Part shown: in pieces, positions 58,494-64,000 of the stretch
Layout: each line of letters opens with the position of its first letter
Position numbering within the stretch: the first letter of the stretch is position 1
Assembly: GCF_964204645.1 (NCBI RefSeq)
Contig: NC_134031.1
Location: 8,804,001 to 8,868,000, forward strand
From: Tubulanus polymorphus
Taxonomy: Eukaryota > Animalia > Nemertea
Direction: 5' to 3'
DNA: 64,000 bases
Program-made: the position numbers and the translations under genes
The notes under the pieces: model-generated
What the model was told of the DNA's origin: nothing
The model's input: only the letters and a program-made list of their open reading frames with translations
Databases searched by the model: none

Positions 58494-59858
58494 ATATAGC
58501 TGCAAGGCAGCGATAACGGGTTTTCTGGATGCATGTGATCGAAAGGAAAAATTAATTACCGGGGGCCGGCGTAATTAACCCTTAATTATGATTTAATCAC
58601 TAATCATGATTAAATTATCATGATTTAATCAAGTTAGGTGTTTCACAAAACGTAATTAACTTTAATTATAATTAAGTTAATTACAAAATTAAATTCTCCT
58701 CTTGAGTGTAATTAAACCATTTAATCATCATTAGTTTATTATTAAAAACAAGAAGCTGCAGATATCATTCATGGAATTTGGTGTTTATTAATTGACGACG
58801 GCAATTCCTACACTTATTCAGTTTTTCAGATTGTTTGGCTCAAATAATTTGGATTAAAGGCATGTCAATACTCTAAATTCTATTGATTTATTTTCAAACG
58901 TCCTATGTTTTTGTCAGCACGACCACCACATACTTAGAAGTATTGAATTAATTGATTTTGTCCATACATATGATAGATTTCTGTCAGTAGAGTACATATC
59001 TATGGAGTTAGTGTTAAAAAGTGCTAATCACTGCTCGGAAATAAACCCCATTTACGAGGATTTGATTTTGCTGAGGGAGGTGAGTTTCTATTTAAAAATT
59101 TTTGAAATATCTTGCTAAGTTTTTCCACTGGTTCCTGAGACCTTTCAGAGCAATCTTTAACTCCCAGAGGAGTGAATTTCTCTTTTCCTCTAAACAAGGA
59201 AGGTTGTTGATGCTTGGACAGCAAATGGCTGTCTAAAGTTCCGCCATTTTGATACAGTTAAATTGTAATTAAGTTGCCTAATTATGTAATTAGTTAATTT
59301 TGTAATTAAACCCTTTCGTGAAACCGAATTTTTATCGTAATTAACTAATCATGATTAAGGAAATTTAATCATGATTTAGGTCCTAATTATAATTAAAGTT
59401 AATTATGCTTTGTGAAACCGGCCCCGGGTATTCGATGGAAAAAATAAAATGAGATGATTTGGATATTATCGGAGCAATCCTCTTTTTGGTTGAATGGTCT
59501 AACCCCAGTATAGTCCCCGTGATTTGGAAATTCTCGGAGCCCTCCTTTATTTACTTACTAAATGACGTCACAAACTGTTATTTCGCCGGTGCTTGTCTAA
59601 CAATTCAATTCAATTCTTTATTTACAGTAACCTAATAAGTAATTTTAAGTTTCAAATAGGATGGAAAGTACATTCAGACAATCTGTTGGTTCAGAGAAAC
59701 CGTTATTACAGTATCAATTTATACATTTCGTTTCGAAGCTGTCAGTTGCCGAATCTGAATGAAGATGAATTTTATTTGACGAAATCGGCGGAAAATAAAT
59801 GATAATAATAATCAACAGAATTTCAAGAGGGTTTTCGACGAAAGTCAGAAAACCCTAA
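58494..59858 (+). mobile_element. Helentron/HINE-like non-autonomous element
   Basis: 5' ATATAGCTGCAAGGCAGCGATAACGGGTTTTCTG; 3' (AAT)n then hairpin AGGGTTTTC..GAAAACCCT; inserted in an A-run; absent from copies A and B. Confidence 0.68.
58563..59424. mobile_element. PIF/Harbinger-like MITE nested in the HINE
   Basis: Ends GGGCCGG..CCGGCCC, 3-bp TSD CGG, subterminal TAAT-rich inverted repeats (left TIR rearranged). Confidence 0.6.
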
Positions 59859-60431
59859 AAAGAAATGCGTATTTAGAAAAAGAAAAAGATGATTTAGAAT
59901 ATAACATAGAATTACAAAAAGAAGAAATTAAATCATTATTAAAATCATATGATTATAATATTAATAGATTAAAAGTTATTTTTAAAGATTTGTTGATAAA
60001 ACCAAATTCTGAAATATCATTGAAAGATAGAATAAAATTATTATTTAAATTAGAAGGAATAACAATTCTTTCAATTCCTACAGCTGTAACTATGTTACAA
60101 CAATAGGTTTAGCTGTATCAAATTCACTGAAATCTACTCCTACTCCCAATAAACCGGATAAACCCCCAGATAATAATAATTCTATACAAGATAAAGTTAA
60201 GGATGGTTCAAAGAAATTAGCAAAATATTTATGGGAACTATCTAAAAAATCTGCTGCAGCATTGCCCGGAGTTATTGCATCAATTGTTGGTTTTATATTG
60301 AAATCTGCAGGAAACATTATTAACTTTGCTGCTGAACATATTATTTTATTTTTAATTACAGTTGTAAGTGCTATTATTTTTGGGTTAGTAAACATGATAA
60401 AAAATAAATAATTAATTTTTTTGTTAAATAA

Positions 60432-61563
60432 ATGAGTGGGAGTTATATCAATCCTTCTAAGAATCATAGAATATCTAATGCTATTAAAGCAGAAAGATCA
60501 CATCATATAATTACTCATAACCCTTCTAATATTAATCCTGATGAAACTTTATATGTTAGAATTCCTCGATTAACACAAAAGATTGGTCCAGAAACAGTTT
60601 TAGATGATTAGATGATTATAATTTATTTATGCATTATAAAGATTAATGGTTAACTAAAGAAAATAGAAATAATATGATATTTCAAGGAATCAAATCAGAA
60701 AACCAAAATAAATTATTATCAGAAGCTAATAGCGCAATATTAACTAATGCTATAGATAAATTGATAAAAAGTATATATGGAAGCAAATATAAAATTCCAT
60801 TAGACTTTGAATTGATAAATAATAATGCACCTTTATATAAATACGCAATTCAAGAAGATGTTATATTTGAGATAACATTTGCTCCGTTAATGAAATTGTA
60901 ATATCTAGCGTTAATAAAGATATGGGTTATAAATTATCGAATATATGTTTAGAATATGATACAGTAACTGATGAAAATATTTCAAGTATAATTCAAACTA
61001 AATACAATCAAGGATTTTCATTATTATATGATTATATTGATAAATTTAAAACTGTAACTATTAATGCAAATGATGAAATAATTAATGAGAATATTAACTT
61101 CCCGAGAAGATCTATTGAAGGTATATTAATATTTTTTACCATTGCAACATATACTCATGGTGCAATAAATGTTGATAATTATTATAATCCTGAAATAACA
61201 AAAGTAGAAATAATTATCGAAGGAATAGCAAATAAAATATTTTGTCAAGGAATGAGAATGATTGATCAATGGCCAGAAATTAGAAAACATTTTATGAATG
61301 AAAAAGTAAAATCATCTGAAAATTGTAATATTAATCAAATTGATTATTATACCGGTAATAAATACGCATTATGGTTAGATTTTAGAACAACATAGGATAA
61401 TTCATTACATGGTTCTGGAAAAAAACTACAGAACACAAAAGATGGAATACAATTATTCATGACAAAGAATAAAGGAATCAAAAATTTTAAAATGCACATT
61501 TATATTATATCTGACGCGCAATTAAATATTGTAAATTCTCAATTAAATAGTGTTATGTATTAG
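60432..61563 (+). pseudogene. Major capsid protein, deleted and frameshifted
   Basis: MSGSYINPSK start; ~120-bp deletion at ~60580; ORFs 60674-60901 and 60922-61395. Confidence 0.82.
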
Positions 61564-61595
61564 AATTTTAATTTTAATAAAAAATTTTATAATAA

Positions 61596-61958
61596 ATGGA
61601 AGGAGGTAAAGTATATAAACATATTCCATACATCGATACACATGAAAATAATGATGGCTTATATTATGTAATACCATGTAATATAGCTTTGATATTTGAT
61701 CCTATTTTCAAAATTTATAAAACTAAACTAATAGAAATCGATAATAATAAAAGTGGTGTTGTTGATAATTTAAGTAATGTAATTGATAATAATGTAATAC
61801 CTTCTACATCTAATAATGTAATACCTTCTACATCTAATAATGTTATACCTTCTACATCTAATAATGAAATAATATTAAATATTAGTGAAAATAGAAATTG
61901 TTGTGATTATTGTAAAGGTGAATTTTCAACGCTCCATCAAATTGGAATAAACATATGA
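61596..61958 (+). CDS. Polinton hypothetical protein with NNVIPSTS x3 repeat and C-terminal CxxC
   Basis: TAAATG start; 24-bp VNTR; homologue in copy B. Confidence 0.65.
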   Translation: MEGGKVYKHIPYIDTHENNDGLYYVIPCNIALIFDPIFKIYKTKLIEIDNNKSGVVDNLSNVIDNNVIPSTSNNVIPSTSNNVIPSTSNNEIILNISENRNCCDYCKGEFSTLHQIGINI

Positions 61959-62381
61959 ATACAAAGGCACATATGACTAATGTAATAGAACGTGTTGGTT
62001 TAAGAGAATTTATAGAGCACCCATTTATATATGTTACAAAGTTTGTTTCAAATAAAAAAGTAAATGGTAAAGAATTATATGAAGATTTATTATTAGCAAC
62101 ACCTAATAAAGATGAATTAGATTTAACCGATGCTAATAAAATATTAGGATCAAACATTGTAATGTAAATTAGGAGCAAACACTAAGAAAGATGATAATGA
62201 AAATATAGTTACAGATATTGATAATAAAGATTATGTGGACACACTTTTGGTGAAAGATAAAGAAGAAACTATTGATGATGCGGTAGAAAGGATGAATAAG
62301 TATAACAATAAAACAACTATTGATGATGATACGGTAAAAAGTTTGAATAAATTGTTAGGGTCTGATAGTGAAAGTGATTAA
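61955..62381 (+). pseudogene. Homologue of 44578-45069, frameshifted
   Basis: ORF 61955-62167 matches the N-terminal half; the 3' end LLGSDSESD is retained. Confidence 0.65.
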
Positions 62382-62812
62382 AATATTAATTATATTTAAC
62401 TCAAATAATAATATTGGTTGAAAATTGTATAAAATAATAGTAAATAAAAAAGGGGGTTTTAAGTATTTAAGGTATTTAAGGTATCTAATACATATCTAAT
62501 ACATATCTTATACATATTATTTGAAAATACCTTAAATTATATATTTTTTTAAATTTATATTGAAACCTCAGCAATAATAAATAACCTTTATTATTTTCAA
62601 ACTTATCCATATATTAGTTGAAAAAATAAAAATAAATTGGTTGAAAATTGTATAAATAATATTTATTTTAAAAAAGGGGGTTTTAAGTATTTAAGGTATC
62701 TAATAGGGTATCTAATACATAGTAGGTATTAGGGTATCTAATAGGGTATCAGGTATTAGGGTATCTAATAGGGTATCTAATACATAGGTATATAAATAGT
62801 TATTTTATAAAT

Positions 62813-63395
62813 TTATTGTAGTCTCAGTAATAATTTTGAACCTTTATTATTCTTTAATTTATTCATATATTCATCATGTAACTGAGTAGGTATAATTTGA
62901 TTTTCTTCCAATGATTGTTGCATAGATTTTCTATCTTTGTTATAAAATAAAACTAGAAATCTTATATTCTCCCTAAAGTCTTTAACAATTGAATTATATT
63001 TTTGATTTAAAACCCATTTTGTTTTCCCAAAATGTCTCCCAGAGAAAGCTAGATAACATAACTCACTTTCTCTCACTTTTGAATCATGTAAATTTGCGCA
63101 ATCATCTATAATGAATAATGTATTTGATCCTTTATAAGTATCAATTGCTATTTTAATACAATTATCTAAATTTTCTTTTGCTGTTTTAGGATCTAATATA
63201 ATACACTTTTTTATCTTAACTATATCTCTATTATGTTTTATTCATTTCATAAGTGGGGCAGAATAATATTATATTATCAAAATGATTCTTATAAATAGTT
63301 TCTAACAAGTCTAATATGAAATGTGTTTTACCACAGTTGGTTACCCCAGTTATTAACATATTATGCAGTTCAAATATAAATAAATCTTTATTCAT
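62813..63395 (-). pseudogene. Packaging ATPase, frameshifted
   Basis: ATG 63395; Walker A at ~63325-63350; ORF 62813-63076 is the C-terminal part. Confidence 0.82.
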
Positions 63396-64000
63396 TTATT
63401 CTTTTAATTTTACTAGATAAAATCCATTCATTAAATTTGTCATCATACCCTTTATATTTCACCAAAGAATACTTTTTTCCTTTAAGAATTTTTGTTTTCA
63501 ATACTTTTTCTATTTTATATTCTATTTCATCTGGATTTGGTACAAGTGATAATTCTTGTTCATAGAAATAACCTAATATTTCTTCATCTTTTAAATCTTC
63601 TAGTTTATAAACAAATGGTTTAGTTAATATTATCTTTTTAATCTTGAGTATTTCTCCAGTAAAATTAGGGGTATAACCTTTGTAAAAGGTTTTTCTATAT
63701 TTAGATATTCTAACGTGTTGTCCTATTTTAAATTTAGGTTCGCCGAAATCATGTGTAACAAACGCTCCATATAAATTATTCCAAACTATTTCTGAATTAT
63801 CTTCTTTTCTAGCTTGAATAGGTTTCATATTTATAGAACTATGTTTAGAATTATTATAACCTTTCACTAAATCATCTAACACATCGATATATTTATATGT
63901 TTCATTAGCAGTAAAATATTTCCACATTCTAGTTTTCAATGTTCTATTAAATCTTTCTATAATAGATGCTTTTTTATCTGAATGTGTTGAAAAATAATCT
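63388..64000 (-). CDS. rve integrase with chromodomain, 5' part outside the window
   Basis: Almost identical to the C-terminal half of 42695-43786. Confidence 0.9.
   Translation of the reverse strand, partial: DYFSTHSDKKASIIERFNRTLKTRMWKYFTANETYKYIDVLDDLVKGYNNSKHSSINMKPIQARKEDNSEIVWNNLYGAFVTHDFGEPKFKIGQHVRISKYRKTFYKGYTPNFTGEILKIKKIILTKPFVYKLEDLKDEEILGYFYEQELSLVPNPDEIEYKIEKVLKTKILKGKKYSLVKYKGYDDKFNEWILSSKIKRINE

Larger units (their letters stand above)
57536..60411 (+). pseudogene. Large coiled-coil/membrane protein, fragmented and split by a 1.36-kb insertion
   Basis: ORFs 57536-58018 and 58047-58286; homology to copy A resumes at ~59860. Confidence 0.65.
51945..64000. mobile_element. Polinton/Maverick copy C (right arm), continues beyond the window
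   Basis: PolB, minor capsid, membrane proteins and MCP on +, ATPase and integrase on -; mirror image of copy B. Confidence 0.9.

Noticed and set aside
42695-64000. Giant inverted repeat as a pure assembly or chimeric-read artefact
   Set aside because: Arms differ by many substitutions, indels and a 1.36-kb insertion; a fold-back read would give identical arms. A haplotype mis-join cannot be fully excluded.
1-64000. Prokaryotic or phage origin suggested by dense intronless genes
   Set aside because: Chromodomain integrases, LTR element with tRNA PBS and splice sites, HINEs and satellites indicate a eukaryotic nuclear genome.

Overview
AT-rich, repeat-dense eukaryotic (most likely invertebrate animal; inferred) DNA with no recognisable host gene. 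It contains: (1) three decayed copies of a Polinton/Maverick (adintovirus-like) endogenous DNA virus: copy A (1-~6.4 kb plus a terminus at 13.1-13.9 kb), and copies B (39.1-51.85 kb) and C (51.95 kb to beyond the window end), which form a giant head-to-head inverted repeat broken at the same point in PolB; (2) an apparently intact, very young 11.47-kb Ty3/Gypsy LTR element (17024-28493, minus strand) with gag, a -1 frameshifted pol ending in a chromodomain, and a spliced F-type env, inserted into one unit of a 1.37-kb tandem repeat; (3) arrays of a 31-bp palindromic satellite with higher-order structure; (4) nested non-autonomous elements (Helentron/HINE-like, IS3EU-like, Harbinger-like, Penelope-like). 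Most unusual: ~400-bp fold-back Polinton termini whose arms co-vary, a poxvirus-late-promoter-like TAAATG at almost every Polinton gene start, and a 27-bp palindromic micro-insert present at three unrelated Polinton loci and absent from homologous alleles. All calls are by eye from sequence and motifs; no database searches were run and many boundaries are approximate.
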